Part shown: positions 1-10,632 of the stretch, piece by piece
Layout of the letters: each line of letters begins with the position of its first letter
How positions within the stretch are numbered: the first letter of the stretch is position 1
Origin: an uncultured Gammaproteobacteria bacterium
GTDB taxonomy: Bacteria > Patescibacteriota > Microgenomatia > Daviesbacterales > UBA10151
Assembly: GCA_964406775.1 (NCBI GenBank)
Contig: CAYOSW010000004.1
Coordinates: 7,392-71,391 of the forward strand
Direction: 5' to 3'
Length of the DNA: 64,000 nucleotides
Translations under genes and position numbers: made by a program
Notes under the pieces: generated by a model
What the model was told of the DNA's origin: nothing
The model's input: only the letters and a program-made list of their open reading frames with translations
The model's database searches: none

Positions 1-14
1 ATTTATAATTCTTT

Positions 15-1634
15 TCATTTCTGCTTACCTAAAACAGGTTTTGTATTTAAGTCTTTAACATATTCCGGCTTTATTTCATATATGTCAGCAAAAGGATATT
101 TTTCTACAAGATTGTATTTAGAGAGCGCCTGAGTCTTCGAAACAGCCTTCCAGGTCGAATCATTATCATCATAAGTACGCATAATTATCCACCTGGCCCA
201 TCTGTCAGGAGAAGTTGTTCCCGATTCCCAATATTTACCCGTTCCTTCGTGAATGAATTTACTCATAGGCAGTCCCGAGGAAAAGATAATTGCATCGTGG
301 GAAGCTGCGGAAACTAAGACAAACCCTTCTTTGTCTTTGGCATTTTTATTTAACCATCCGGACACTTCACTGACATTTTTCTGTGACGATCCGACTCTGG
401 CATCATCGATTGTTACCGCATCATATGAAGAAAATTGGAAAAATAAGACAAACACTATCAGTCCGACAATTGCCAATCTATAGTTTTTAAGTTTATCAAT
501 TAGGAACCCTATGAAAATGGCGATTGACGGCATCATCATAATTCCATACCTCACATTAAACCAAACATCTCCCGATAAACCCTGGATGAATAAAACTGAA
601 TGACCCATATAAAGAGCAATTATATTGAAGATAAGTGGAGCAAGAAGTGCGCTTGAGGCAATTTTTATCCCTACTTTAACCTGCTTATCAATCCAAAGAG
701 CTACCATACCGAATAGACCGAGAATAGAAATGAAAGCATTACTGTTATAAGCCAGCGCGTATAGATAAAACTTTATGGAAAGTAAAATATTACCCTTTGT
801 AATTAAATTGCCTGAGCTTTCCAGTTGTAATTGCTGAGCGTGGGCGGAATACGGTCCGAAAGCGAAATACAAAGGATCCTTAAAAATCAGCTGATTCCAT
901 AAAAACCAGAGGAATAAACCTAATGACCCCAAAGTTGCGAAAAGAATATAAGTCCCTTCAATGTTTCTATATGATTTTAATTTATAACCTCCTGTTCGGA
1001 ATACTTCTAAAATTACGAGTCCGGAAACAAACATGAACAAAAACCAGCCGTCATAGCGGACTAATGTTGAAAGCATCACCCAAAAAGCCGACTTGATTAA
1101 ATTCAGAACCTGGCCGGTTTTGTGCCAAAGCATTAACTCGTAAACTCCGGCAGTCATAACCGCCAAAAGCAGCAGCTCAGTCATAGCAGTAGACTGAAGG
1201 TAAAGAATATTAATATTGGCAACAAATATCAGCACTCCAACAATTCTTCCCAGCAAGTTCACTCCTATTTGCTCCAAAAATCTGTAGATTAACGCACCCG
1301 TCGCTATAAAAGAAATCATCGAAACTATGGCTCCCGATAATCCCGAATGCCACATAAAATCATTCCAGATGGTTGGCAACATTAAAATATGAGGTAAAGG
1401 CAGCCAGACAGAACCTAGCTGAGCAGCGCCTGGTTTTAGTCCCTCAACTACTCTTCTTCCGATATCCAAATGGGATCTGGCATCGTTATATGACAGCCCC
1501 AGACCGCTGAAGTAATAAACAATAAAGCTGTATGCCGATATGAATATCAATAAATAAACTACCAGAAGCAGGATATGCTTATTCAAGGGCTTAAAAAAGT
1601 TAAACCAATTTTTATTGATTGAGATATTAAACAT
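15..1634 (-). CDS. Polytopic membrane glycosyltransferase, GT-C fold (phospholipid carrier-dependent glycosyltransferase, ArnT/PMT-like) with C-terminal soluble domain
   Basis: 539 aa with more than 10 predicted TM helices in the N-terminal 400 aa, followed by a hydrophilic C-terminal domain. It sits at the end of a glycosyltransferase operon on the same strand. No catalytic motif was verified. Confidence 0.45.
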   Translation of the reverse strand: MFNISINKNWFNFFKPLNKHILLLVVYLLIFISAYSFIVYYFSGLGLSYNDARSHLDIGRRVVEGLKPGAAQLGSVWLPLPHILMLPTIWNDFMWHSGLSGAIVSMISFIATGALIYRFLEQIGVNLLGRIVGVLIFVANINILYLQSTAMTELLLLAVMTAGVYELMLWHKTGQVLNLIKSAFWVMLSTLVRYDGWFLFMFVSGLVILEVFRTGGYKLKSYRNIEGTYILFATLGSLGLFLWFLWNQLIFKDPLYFAFGPYSAHAQQLQLESSGNLITKGNILLSIKFYLYALAYNSNAFISILGLFGMVALWIDKQVKVGIKIASSALLAPLIFNIIALYMGHSVLFIQGLSGDVWFNVRYGIMMMPSIAIFIGFLIDKLKNYRLAIVGLIVFVLFFQFSSYDAVTIDDARVGSSQKNVSEVSGWLNKNAKDKEGFVLVSAASHDAIIFSSGLPMSKFIHEGTGKYWESGTTSPDRWARWIIMRTYDDNDSTWKAVSKTQALSKYNLVEKYPFADIYEIKPEYVKDLNTKPVLGKQK

Positions 1635-3213
1635 TTTTTACCTTTCCTCTATCCAGTAAAAGTATTGAGTACAAGATGAAAGACATAAATATAATGCTTC
1701 CGGAAACAAGCCAATAAAAATTAGCAGCGGTTAAAACATTCCTCAGATACTCGCGGTAAACAAAAGATTTAGATCCGCTGTTTATTAAGAAATCTATATT
1801 TCGTTCATATGTATATTTCTGGACTTTACCGCTTAATTTTTCTAAATTCAGAACCTCATTTTTTGGAGGATTGGCACTAGAAGTTAATGCTCCTAATGTA
1901 TTTACTAATATTGAATAAATAAGAACTATCAAAAAAGCCAATAAAATAAAATAATTTCTCTTAAAGCGGGAGAGAGCAACCCCGATTAAAACTGCGAGCA
2001 GTGCATAACTCGGAATTAAATATCTTGAACCGAAAGCCCAGCCTCCGTAAGGATCTCCCCACATTGAGTAAAGAAGCACGTTAGCTCCTATGATAGAAAT
2101 TAATAGAGCAGCTATTTCCGGACGTGTTTTATTTAACACGAATAATCCTAAAATTCCGAAAAGTACAACCGGTGTAAAAAATATAATTCCCCTGTCCTCG
2201 CTTATAAAATGAGTATAAAATCCGTTAATTAAATTTCTGGTTTTAAAGAAGCCGACCGCCTCTTTCTTATCTTTTTTAGGATCTTCCAGAGGTACCTTAT
2301 CTTTCTCCTCCAATGGCTTATCTATTCCCAATTGTTTGTATATGTCCTTCTTCTCTAAAGGCTTACCTTGTTCATCAATACCCTTAACCCCCTGTACGGT
2401 ACCTCCCAACTGAAAGGGATTGCCGTAAGAAATTTTGTTAAACCAAAGAAAAAATAATAACGGAAGTACTGCTCCTAAGAAAGTGAGGACATAAATTAAA
2501 TTTATACCTATATTAATTTTTCTTTCATTTTTATGAACCGAGATAAATCTGCCTAATGCAAATACCGCTATCGGCAGCATAAAGAATAAGTTCGGATTAT
2601 CGATAACGATTGAGGATGCACATAAAAACCATATTAAACAAAGGGACCAAAAATTTTTCCATTTTAATAATGCATAAATACTCAGCAGAATTAAAAATGA
2701 CGAGATATGATGCTGATATAAATTAACAGCGTATGCGTATGCCGGAGTAGCAAACAAGAAAGTGAGCGCCCCTAAGCCTGATGCTGCTGCATTTGCTCCC
2801 AATTTTGAAGCTATCTTATATATAAGGAAGGCGTTGATTAGTGCAAATAATGCTATAACCGAATATGTGCCTATCTGAGCTAAGTTAAACATTCTACCCA
2901 GAAGGTATCCCGGCATAACAATATATGAAACACCCGGTGCGAACAGTGAAACATATTTCCCGTTAATCAGACCTAAATCCGGAGTAGCAAATCTGGCAAT
3001 AGGCAGAGTAAACACCGGAGTATGATTTTCCAATATTGAATAAGTCAAAGCATACCTCCCTCTTTCAGGAGATAACTCTAAAGGACCACCTTCAGTAAAA
3101 ACATAATCATTTAGGTTTTTCTCAGTTTGATTACCAGAAATGCCCCTTATACTAATTCCGAGTGTGAAAATAATAAAAATAGAAATGAGAAAAATATAAA
3201 ATTTCTTTAGCAT
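1627..3213 (-). CDS. GT-C family membrane glycosyltransferase (ArnT / GT39 / GT83-like, paralogous to the downstream gene)
   Basis: 528 aa, multi-TM with a charged periplasmic loop (KPLEEKDKVPLEDPKKDKKE). Its start overlaps the stop of the preceding gene by 8 nt. The architecture is typical of polyprenyl-phosphate-sugar dependent transferases. Confidence 0.5.
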   Translation of the reverse strand: MLKKFYIFLISIFIIFTLGISIRGISGNQTEKNLNDYVFTEGGPLELSPERGRYALTYSILENHTPVFTLPIARFATPDLGLINGKYVSLFAPGVSYIVMPGYLLGRMFNLAQIGTYSVIALFALINAFLIYKIASKLGANAAASGLGALTFLFATPAYAYAVNLYQHHISSFLILLSIYALLKWKNFWSLCLIWFLCASSIVIDNPNLFFMLPIAVFALGRFISVHKNERKINIGINLIYVLTFLGAVLPLLFFLWFNKISYGNPFQLGGTVQGVKGIDEQGKPLEKKDIYKQLGIDKPLEEKDKVPLEDPKKDKKEAVGFFKTRNLINGFYTHFISEDRGIIFFTPVVLFGILGLFVLNKTRPEIAALLISIIGANVLLYSMWGDPYGGWAFGSRYLIPSYALLAVLIGVALSRFKRNYFILLAFLIVLIYSILVNTLGALTSSANPPKNEVLNLEKLSGKVQKYTYERNIDFLINSGSKSFVYREYLRNVLTAANFYWLVSGSIIFMSFILYSILLLDRGKVKNV

Positions 3214-3214
3214 A

Positions 3215-4111
3215 TTAAGCAGTCACCTTCTTTGTTGAACTATCTATCTCCCATAAAACATTCAATATTTTTTTAGAATCAAGTCGAAAAATCTTTGTAT
3301 AAATATTTACTCCAATATAAAAAATCATCTTTATTGGATCTCTAAAAAGCTCTTCTATCAGAACACTTAAAATTATTCTTGTTGGTATTCTGTATTCCTT
3401 TTCTAATCTCCCATAATATTTTTCCATCTCCAATTTTGAAAGTTGGAATCTACTGCTTTTTCTTAAATGCTCTTTCATATTTTGGGGATTTTTGAATAAT
3501 ACATAGGCTTGAGGAAAATACCTGTAAATTCCATTTAGTTTCCTGTTTTGAAAATAGAAGTACGCGTCGTTTGTGGATATTGAATCCCGAATATCAAATT
3601 TTCTAACCCAATTTGTCCGAAAAGCCATAAATCTTCCTACAACAGCCAGGTAATTATCTCCCCTATCCCAATTTACTGCGATTTTGCTCACGATATCTGT
3701 TCCTTTATTCAAAATACTTTCAAAAAAATTTGTTGCCTTGACCGGTTTATTTAAAATACTCAGCATTGTTATTTCGGGGTGCTTAACAAACTGACTAATT
3801 ACTTTTTTTAATGTAGTTTTAGAGAAAAGCACATCATCTTGAGTTAAAATCAATAGATCTGTGTTTGTAAGCTCAATAATTTGTTTTCTTTTTTTTGCCT
3901 GGCTACTTTCAACTAAATTCTCATAAAATTCTACTTTAAGTTTACGTAATTGCTTTTTTACAAACTCGCTCAGAGGAACCCTATCGGCTATAAGGATAAT
4001 TTTGAATTTAGTTATTTTTTCAGAAGCCCTAATTGATTTAATAGTGTCAATTATCGACTCGCCACCATAACAAGTAGCAATGCCGACTGTTAAAGATAGT
4101 TTTTTATTCAT
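3215..4111 (-). CDS. Glycosyltransferase family 2 (GT-A fold)
   Basis: N-terminus LSLTVGIATCYGGESI... is a typical GT2 Rossmann start, followed by a D-rich segment (ILTQDD). The gene is translationally coupled (ATGA overlap) to its neighbours. Confidence 0.7.
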   Translation of the reverse strand: MNKKLSLTVGIATCYGGESIIDTIKSIRASEKITKFKIILIADRVPLSEFVKKQLRKLKVEFYENLVESSQAKKRKQIIELTNTDLLILTQDDVLFSKTTLKKVISQFVKHPEITMLSILNKPVKATNFFESILNKGTDIVSKIAVNWDRGDNYLAVVGRFMAFRTNWVRKFDIRDSISTNDAYFYFQNRKLNGIYRYFPQAYVLFKNPQNMKEHLRKSSRFQLSKLEMEKYYGRLEKEYRIPTRIILSVLIEELFRDPIKMIFYIGVNIYTKIFRLDSKKILNVLWEIDSSTKKVTA

Positions 4112-5388
4112 TTAAAAAGCCTTTCTTGATCCTTCCATAACTCAAATGAAAGTCTGTCTATTGGAAGATCAACATCATTAAAAGTTATAGCTTCATCCAT
4201 TTTTATATCTCTTTTTAAAACTGCTCCGTCTGTTAGACCCTGCGGAATTAAATTTTCTTTACGGGCTGTTTTACGGTTTTCTAAAACTCCATAAACAGTA
4301 AATCCTCCAATTCCATCAAGAACTTCTCCTTTTTTCAGGTCTTTTTTCGCAAGAGCAATAACCTCACAAACCGGAGCACCTATAGGGGCAAGCGAAGCGT
4401 CCTTAAAAATTACTGTCTGAGCAACCGTAATCGGTGCTTCTATCGGACTTAAGTGGCAGTGAGTATAAAAAGTATAAAAAGGTCCGTCTCCCATCTTATA
4501 ACATTTCATATATCTTCTTTTGATGGGGTTTTTTGAGTAGGCTATTACAAAAACTCCGAAAGAAGGTTCTGCACCGAGAATATAATCTGTCAATCCTGTT
4601 TTTAACATTTGTTTTTTATCAAATAAGTTAACTGCTTCTTCAACGCGCGAGGCTTTTAAGCCCAACATTCCTCTTTTAGCTACAGGGAATCCTGTGGCAT
4701 TAGCGATAGTTGCCATTTCAAAAGCAATTTTAGATCCGTCAGCGAATGAGGTAATCATCTTCGGTCTCTGCCAATGAGCCTTGGCAAAAGCGGCTTGAGT
4801 AATAGGAGTACGTCTTGCATCAATTAAACTTTTAATATTTCCAACCATTACCGGTTTGAATCCCATCTGCTTTACATATCTGAATATTCTCATTAATACA
4901 GCCGGCTGATCTCCTTCAGCCTGGGAAAACATAACACCGGCTTTATCGGCATACTTTTTAATTATCGGGCCGAGAGTCGCGTCAAGTTCGGCATTAACCA
5001 AAATCAGATGTTTTTTATTTTTTATTGCAGATATTGAGACCCGTGACCCGAATTCAACCTCACCGGTAGCTTCGACAATTACATCAATATTTTTAGAGTT
5101 AGTTAACAGTTCAAAGTCAGAGGTTATAGCCAATGTTCCGGATTTAATAAGCTTTTCAATTTGATCCTGAGATTTAACTTCTTTGTATTTCTTTACTTTC
5201 AAAAGCTTTAAGCCTTTTTCAATATTTTTAACTGTTCTGTTAGAAATTGCGGACAATCTCATTCCGGAAATACCCTCTAAAACCTGCATCCCAAATCCCT
5301 GACCTGCAAACCCAAAACCAACTAAGCCGATACGTATTGGCTTTCCGTTTTTCTCCAATTTTTCCAATGCTTTATCAATTATTATCAT
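4108..5388 (-). CDS. Predicted NAD(P)-binding dehydrogenase, homoserine-dehydrogenase-like with SAF domain (COG4091-like), probable sugar-nucleotide oxidoreductase
   Basis: N-terminal Rossmann motif IRIGLVGFGFAGQG and a C-terminal SAF-like region. It is embedded in the CDP-sugar gene block. Confidence 0.5.
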   Translation of the reverse strand: MIIIDKALEKLEKNGKPIRIGLVGFGFAGQGFGMQVLEGISGMRLSAISNRTVKNIEKGLKLLKVKKYKEVKSQDQIEKLIKSGTLAITSDFELLTNSKNIDVIVEATGEVEFGSRVSISAIKNKKHLILVNAELDATLGPIIKKYADKAGVMFSQAEGDQPAVLMRIFRYVKQMGFKPVMVGNIKSLIDARRTPITQAAFAKAHWQRPKMITSFADGSKIAFEMATIANATGFPVAKRGMLGLKASRVEEAVNLFDKKQMLKTGLTDYILGAEPSFGVFVIAYSKNPIKRRYMKCYKMGDGPFYTFYTHCHLSPIEAPITVAQTVIFKDASLAPIGAPVCEVIALAKKDLKKGEVLDGIGGFTVYGVLENRKTARKENLIPQGLTDGAVLKRDIKMDEAITFNDVDLPIDRLSFELWKDQERLFK

Positions 5389-5915
5389 TATTTATAAGCC
5401 TCCCAGGCTTTATCTTTTTCGGAGACTATCTCAACATTAATCGGCCAGTTAACTTTAAAAGACGGATCATCAAATCTTATTCCTCTTTCAAATTCTGCTG
5501 TAAAAGGCTGGTCCGAAAAATTTATGAATTCCGTATTATCTTCCAAAGTTAAAATTGCGTGGCCGCAATTGGGCGGAGTTAAAAGCATTTTGTAGTCACC
5601 GGCTTTTAATTCAAATCCTTCAATCTCTCCGTAAGTTGGTGAATCCTTCCGTAAATCAATTACCAGCTCGTATATTGATCCGCTTGTAACCCTGGTTAAT
5701 TTATACTCTGCAAAAGGAGGGACTTGATAATGGATCCCTCTCATTGTTCCTTTTTTCTCTGTAAAAGAAACATATCCCTGAATGACATTAAAAATTATTC
5801 CCCTCTCTTTAAATTTTTCGGTATCAAAAGTCCTCGCCAGAAACCCCCGGTCATCCGCTTTTTTCTCAAGTTCTATAATGAAACAATCCTTGATCTTAGT
5901 TTGAATAAATTTCAT
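5388..5915 (-). CDS. NDP-4-dehydro-6-deoxyhexose 3,5-epimerase (RmlC/RfbC-like cupin)
   Basis: 175 aa cupin. MKFIQTKIKDCFIIELEKKADDRGFLARTF matches the RmlC N-terminal consensus. Confidence 0.7.
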   Translation of the reverse strand: MKFIQTKIKDCFIIELEKKADDRGFLARTFDTEKFKERGIIFNVIQGYVSFTEKKGTMRGIHYQVPPFAEYKLTRVTSGSIYELVIDLRKDSPTYGEIEGFELKAGDYKMLLTPPNCGHAILTLEDNTEFINFSDQPFTAEFERGIRFDDPSFKVNWPINVEIVSEKDKAWEAYK

Positions 5916-5917
5916 AG

Positions 5918-6973
5918 TTATATTTTCCAGAAAAAATTTTTGTCAATTTGTTTAGTTTTAACCAGATGCTCTATCTCCTTAAGTCTGGTATAAGCTCTGG
6001 ATTCGAAAGTCTCTTTATCTAGTGCAATTGACTCAAAAACTTTTTTTAGATCTTTTACACCTTCCTGAACTGTCCGTTTTAACACCAGTTTTGGAAAAGT
6101 CCTTTTAATTTTTTCGAATGAAACTCTATAAGAGCGGGTGTCTCCATCAGGTTTTCCGAATGAAACTTTGCAACCCGGAAGAACTTTTCCGATTATTTCT
6201 GCAACCTCACGTACTTTATAATTTCCATCTGTATTTCCTACATTAAAAACCTGATTCTGTACTAAGTTTTTCGGTGCTTCCAGAACTGCCAGAAATGCTT
6301 CGCAAACATCAAGGATGTGAACAAGCGGCCTCCAAGGTGTTCCGTCAGAGGACATCCTAATTTCTTTCTCAGTCCAGGCTATGCCTGACAAATTATTAAC
6401 GACTAAATCAAATCTCATTCTCGGAGAAGGTCCGAATACTGTTGCGTTCCGCATATAAGCTACTGTAAAGAAAGGATCGGCCAATTTTTGAAGATCCTGT
6501 TCGACCAATAATTTACATTTAGCATATGCAGTTTGAGGAAAAACCTCCGATGTCTCATCTACCATTCCATCTTTTGCTATACCGTAAATGGAACAGGATG
6601 AGGAATAGATAAATCTTTTTACACCGGCTTTTTTAGCAAGCTTCGCAAGTCTGACTATTGCAGTGTGGTTGATATCGTATGTATTTTTAGGATCCTGATT
6701 TCCTAAAGGATCGTTGGATAAATCTGCAAGCGAAATAACAGCATCAAAACCTTTTAAATCCGTAAGAGTTATTTCTCTGGTATCCTTTGTTATTACTTTC
6801 GGGGAAAATTTTACTCCGTTATATAGCCAGCCTTCCCGGTAAAAACCGGAATCAATTCCCGTCACGTCGTGACCGCGCTTCATAAACACCTGAGCCATCT
6901 GAGTTCCGATATACCCGTCAATTCCTGTAATTATTACTTTCATTTTTTTACCAGACTTTCCAGGGCGCTTCAC
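5918..6973 (-). CDS. NAD-dependent epimerase/dehydratase (extended SDR), candidate CDP-sugar 4,6-dehydratase/epimerase/reductase
   Basis: MKVIITGIDGYIGTQ (TGxxGxxG) and YAKCK (YxxxK) motifs. It lies between the cytidylyltransferase and the RmlC-like epimerase. Confidence 0.7.
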   Translation of the reverse strand: MKRPGKSGKKMKVIITGIDGYIGTQMAQVFMKRGHDVTGIDSGFYREGWLYNGVKFSPKVITKDTREITLTDLKGFDAVISLADLSNDPLGNQDPKNTYDINHTAIVRLAKLAKKAGVKRFIYSSSCSIYGIAKDGMVDETSEVFPQTAYAKCKLLVEQDLQKLADPFFTVAYMRNATVFGPSPRMRFDLVVNNLSGIAWTEKEIRMSSDGTPWRPLVHILDVCEAFLAVLEAPKNLVQNQVFNVGNTDGNYKVREVAEIIGKVLPGCKVSFGKPDGDTRSYRVSFEKIKRTFPKLVLKRTVQEGVKDLKKVFESIALDKETFESRAYTRLKEIEHLVKTKQIDKNFFWKI

Positions 6974-7745
6974 CCTTATCCCAAAGTTTTTCTAAAACCA
7001 TTTTGTCTCTTAGAGTATCCATACATTGCCAAAAACCGTTATGCTTGAAGGCAGCGAGCTGTCCTTCTTTTGCCAGTTTCCTCAATGGCTCCTGTTCCCA
7101 GATAGTTTTGTCCCCTTCAAGATATTTGAAGATTTCCGGTTCCAAAACAAAGAATCCTCCATTGATGAATGCCCCTGCCTCACCTTCTGCTTTTTCTCTG
7201 AATTGAGGTACTTTTGTTTCGCCTTTTCCTAGGTTGATTACTCCGAAACGGCCCGGGTGTTCAATCGCTGTTACCGTTGCTAAAACTTTTTGTTTTTTGT
7301 GAAAGCTTAAGAGTTTTTTTATATCTACATCCGAAACCCCGTCACCATACGTTAAGAAAAAAGGCTCATCTCCGATATATTTTTGCGCCCTCTTTATTCT
7401 TCCTCCGGTTAAAGTATCTTCCCCTGTTTCGACTAATGTTACTTTCCAGGGTTCTGCACCATTTTTATGAACTTGCATCGTGTGATTACCCATATCAAAA
7501 GTTACATCGGCATTATGGAGCGAGTAATTGGCAAAATACTCCTTAATTACGTGAGATTTATAACCGCATAAAATTACAAAATCGTTAAATCCGTGAGCGG
7601 AAAAAATTTTCATTATATGCCAAAGTATCGGCTTACTGCCGATCTCAGCCATAGGTTTCGGTTTTATTGATGTTTCTTCGGAAAGTCTGGTACCAAACCC
7701 CCCTGCTAAAATCACTACTTTCATAAGTTTCTTGTTTATAGTCAA
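6948..7745 (-). CDS. rfbF: Glucose-1-phosphate cytidylyltransferase
   Basis: MKVVILAGGFGTRLSEETSIKPKPMAEIGSKPILWHIMKIFSAHGFNDFVILCGYK is a near-canonical RfbF N-terminus. The protein is about 265 aa. Confidence 0.8.
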   Translation of the reverse strand: MTINKKLMKVVILAGGFGTRLSEETSIKPKPMAEIGSKPILWHIMKIFSAHGFNDFVILCGYKSHVIKEYFANYSLHNADVTFDMGNHTMQVHKNGAEPWKVTLVETGEDTLTGGRIKRAQKYIGDEPFFLTYGDGVSDVDIKKLLSFHKKQKVLATVTAIEHPGRFGVINLGKGETKVPQFREKAEGEAGAFINGGFFVLEPEIFKYLEGDKTIWEQEPLRKLAKEGQLAAFKHNGFWQCMDTLRDKMVLEKLWDKGEAPWKVW

Positions 7746-7763
7746 TAACTATAAGTTATTATA

Positions 7764-8723
7764 TTAAATTTTGCCTTTCTTCGCAACCGGAAAATCTGCT
7801 AAGTGCAAATCTTTTGAGGTTGACGAAATCTCCCAGGTTGAAGATATTTCCTTATAGAAGATGCCTTTAATTCTTATCCAAGCCGATAAAATCAGATAAA
7901 GGATGGTATATGCCGGATTCTTCAAAAAACCACAAACCATACCTTTTAATACGAGAATGGGATTTATTCCGAAAAACATTGAGGAACTGCCGTATTGCTG
8001 TTTGACAAATTCCTCGCCGAATTCTTTATAAAATTTACTCTGGGACTGAAGGAATCTTATACTCTGCTTCTGGTGATCAGAGATTGTTTCAGGTAATTTG
8101 ATATAACACTCAGTTGCGGCAAGTTTAAACTTAAAGCCTCTTTGTTTACATAATAAATAAACATATGCATCTTCCCCAACACTCTCCTTAAATTTAATTT
8201 TTTTGTAAAACTTTTTTGAAAATGCTCTTGCTGCTCCGTGACAGAAATAAATATTATCCCCTTTCTCAATTTCTCTGAAAACGAAATCCTTAATAACAAA
8301 TCCTGCAGCCAGGATTTTCTCGATTATTTTTTTGGGAGTATACGGTTTTACTCTGGGAGAGGTAAGGTCAGCCTCGCCTTTAATAAGAGGATGTATCAAT
8401 TTAGAAATAAAATCTCTTTCTTGAATATAAATATCTGCATTTAACAACACGAATATATCACTATTTGATAATTCAAAAAGCTGATTTTCCCTGCCGGCCA
8501 CACCTATCCTGTTCTTGTTATTTACCACCTGGATCAATGGGTTTCTGAGCTTTTCGGCTGTCTCAACAGTTTTGTCTTTGCTGTTGTCGGAAGTCACTAT
8601 AATTTTTTCAAGTTTGAACCCCTCAAACTTTTGGTTTAACAATTGCTTCAGTAAAAACCCGATATTTTTTTCTTCGTTATATGCAGGTATCCCTATAGTT
8701 ACACTCGGTTTATTCATTTTCAT
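7764..8723 (-). CDS. Glycosyltransferase family 2
   Basis: SVTIGIPAYNEEKNIGFLLKQLL is a GT2 start, and there is a DxD-like segment. Confidence 0.7.
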   Translation of the reverse strand: MKMNKPSVTIGIPAYNEEKNIGFLLKQLLNQKFEGFKLEKIIVTSDNSKDKTVETAEKLRNPLIQVVNNKNRIGVAGRENQLFELSNSDIFVLLNADIYIQERDFISKLIHPLIKGEADLTSPRVKPYTPKKIIEKILAAGFVIKDFVFREIEKGDNIYFCHGAARAFSKKFYKKIKFKESVGEDAYVYLLCKQRGFKFKLAATECYIKLPETISDHQKQSIRFLQSQSKFYKEFGEEFVKQQYGSSSMFFGINPILVLKGMVCGFLKNPAYTILYLILSAWIRIKGIFYKEISSTWEISSTSKDLHLADFPVAKKGKI

Positions 8724-8728
8724 AATTT

Positions 8729-9631
8729 TTATAGTTTTTTAGTACTTAATGCCAGATTCCAGGTTTTGAAATTTGTCTTTTCTTTCAGTAACAAAAAGTT
8801 ATTTATATACAGTTTGAAAAAAAGGGCCTCGATGGGGAATCTCAAAAATACTTTTAATAAACTTATCCAATACTCTTTTTCAGGTATTCTCCATTCTTCA
8901 GCTGCAAGGCTCTTAAACTGATCCTCTGTTATTAATTGAGACTTTCTCACTCTTAATTCCTGACTTCTAAAGTCATCTACCGTTTCAGGGAGTCTGAAAT
9001 AAACTGACGCATTTCTTGCGAATTTATATAAATTCTTTTCTTGAAGATTTCTTAAATATATGTAGATATCAACATTTCCAACAGAATTTCTATCGAGCCT
9101 TAACTTGCCGGCAAAGCTTCTCGACATCGCCATTATTTTTCCGTCATTAGTAAAACGGGTCTCTCCATTTTTGTAATTTAATCTCAAAGGCTTGAATGCT
9201 AAATAGCTTGTATATATACATCTGCCGATGAAAGTTTTGGGCTTCAAGGCGCAAATATTGCCGGAAACAAGTCCGACTTTTTTATCTTCCAGGAGGGGGT
9301 TTACCAGATTCTCAATAACCGATTTTGAGGTAATTTTTATGTCATCGTTTAACGAAACAAATATTTCTCCCCTGCTTTCTTCTATTAATTTTTGCAAACC
9401 GAATGCGTAGCCTTTATTTTTTTTACCCTCAATTAATCTGATCTTTTTATTTCTTACTTTTTTTACTTCGCTAACTGTATTATCTGTGCAGGCATCAGCA
9501 TATACCAATATCTCTTCAACCAAGATATTTCTTTCTTTTTGTACGCTTAACGAACGCAATAATCTGCCTATATTCCCTTCTGCCTGATAAGCCGGTATGC
9601 CGATTGATATTTCAGTTCTGAGATTTTTCAT
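8729..9631 (-). CDS. Glycosyltransferase family 2
   Basis: ISIGIPAYQAEGNIGRLLRSL is a GT2 start. The protein is 300 aa. Confidence 0.7.
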   Translation of the reverse strand: MKNLRTEISIGIPAYQAEGNIGRLLRSLSVQKERNILVEEILVYADACTDNTVSEVKKVRNKKIRLIEGKKNKGYAFGLQKLIEESRGEIFVSLNDDIKITSKSVIENLVNPLLEDKKVGLVSGNICALKPKTFIGRCIYTSYLAFKPLRLNYKNGETRFTNDGKIMAMSRSFAGKLRLDRNSVGNVDIYIYLRNLQEKNLYKFARNASVYFRLPETVDDFRSQELRVRKSQLITEDQFKSLAAEEWRIPEKEYWISLLKVFLRFPIEALFFKLYINNFLLLKEKTNFKTWNLALSTKKL

Positions 9632-9634
9632 AAA

Positions 9635-10630
9635 TTAATAATTCACTCCGAAATTTAAAAAGTCCGTAAACTTATCTATTTTTTCTCTGGTGAAATCCTT
9701 TCCGGTTAAACCGTGAGTTGCCGAATTAACAGCTAAACCTTTAAAGAGTTTTTTAAAATTCTTGTCTGACCGATAAATCTTTTTCAGTCTTCTCATCAGA
9801 TGAGTTGTTATATCCCCTTCTTTCCACAAATAGCGTAAAGTGGTTATGTTTTCATATAGTCCTAAGGTCCGGGCGCAAAGCTGAAAATCTATCAGAAAGA
9901 TCCGTTTTTTTCTGTCGACAATAATATTTCTGAAGTGCAGATCCCTATGGATAAGACGGTTAGAATTTTCGGACAAAAGAACGGGGATTGATTGCAAAAA
10001 AATAGGAACGCCTCTCAGCAATGATCTGAATACCCTAGGGTGTGTAAGCAAAGCCTTGGTCAGCAAAAAGGGATAGAGAATAATATAGTTAACAGAAGAT
10101 CTTCTTGAAATGCTCCTTAATTCCTCTTCTGTAAGTTTAGATCCGAGATAGTCCAAAAAAGCAGTAACTTTAAAGTAAATTCCGGTTTTTTCAGAACTCG
10201 AAAGATTTTCGGCAATTGTGCCGTCAATATATTTAATCAGAATTACTAAACTGTTCTCAGTCTCTTTAGAAGCAACAATTGAAGGAATCTTAATTTTTAA
10301 AAATTCTTCCGGCAATGATTTTGAATTCCTATCTAATACATTATTAAGAATTTCATATAATTTAAATTCATTCTTTAATGCATAGTAATTAAAATCTTTG
10401 AATTCACCGCTCCAGATTTTACCGACTGCTTTTTTTCCTTTTTGATCCGCGTACATTCCCAAATTAAAAGCCTTAACAGTCCCAATCTTCTCAATTGAGG
10501 ACTTTAATTTATAATTGCCCACTTTAACAGGTAACTTTGTTTCAACTTTTCTCCGCAATCTGCCATAAACTAGCGACTTAAGATAAACATAGATTAATCT
10601 GGAAAGAGTTAAAGAGCCGGAATTTTTCAT
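9635..10630 (-). CDS. Protein-kinase-like fold phosphotransferase (LPS/Kdo-kinase or aminoglycoside-phosphotransferase-like), possible glycan kinase
   Basis: HRDLHFRNIIV (HRD catalytic loop) followed by IFLIDFQL (DFG-like). It has no TM segment and is embedded among GT genes. Confidence 0.45.
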   Translation of the reverse strand: MKNSGSLTLSRLIYVYLKSLVYGRLRRKVETKLPVKVGNYKLKSSIEKIGTVKAFNLGMYADQKGKKAVGKIWSGEFKDFNYYALKNEFKLYEILNNVLDRNSKSLPEEFLKIKIPSIVASKETENSLVILIKYIDGTIAENLSSSEKTGIYFKVTAFLDYLGSKLTEEELRSISRRSSVNYIILYPFLLTKALLTHPRVFRSLLRGVPIFLQSIPVLLSENSNRLIHRDLHFRNIIVDRKKRIFLIDFQLCARTLGLYENITTLRYLWKEGDITTHLMRRLKKIYRSDKNFKKLFKGLAVNSATHGLTGKDFTREKIDKFTDFLNFGVNY

Positions 10631-10632
10631 AG

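Noticed and set aside
253-483. Short plus-strand ORF inside the 539-aa membrane GT gene. Similar antisense ORFs also occur (e.g. 5247-5552, 7003-7546, 11131-11319, 12231-12859, 26127-26312, 29738-30693, 43428-43913).
   Set aside because: All are embedded antisense or out-of-frame within well-supported long genes and have no motifs. They are typical shadow ORFs.
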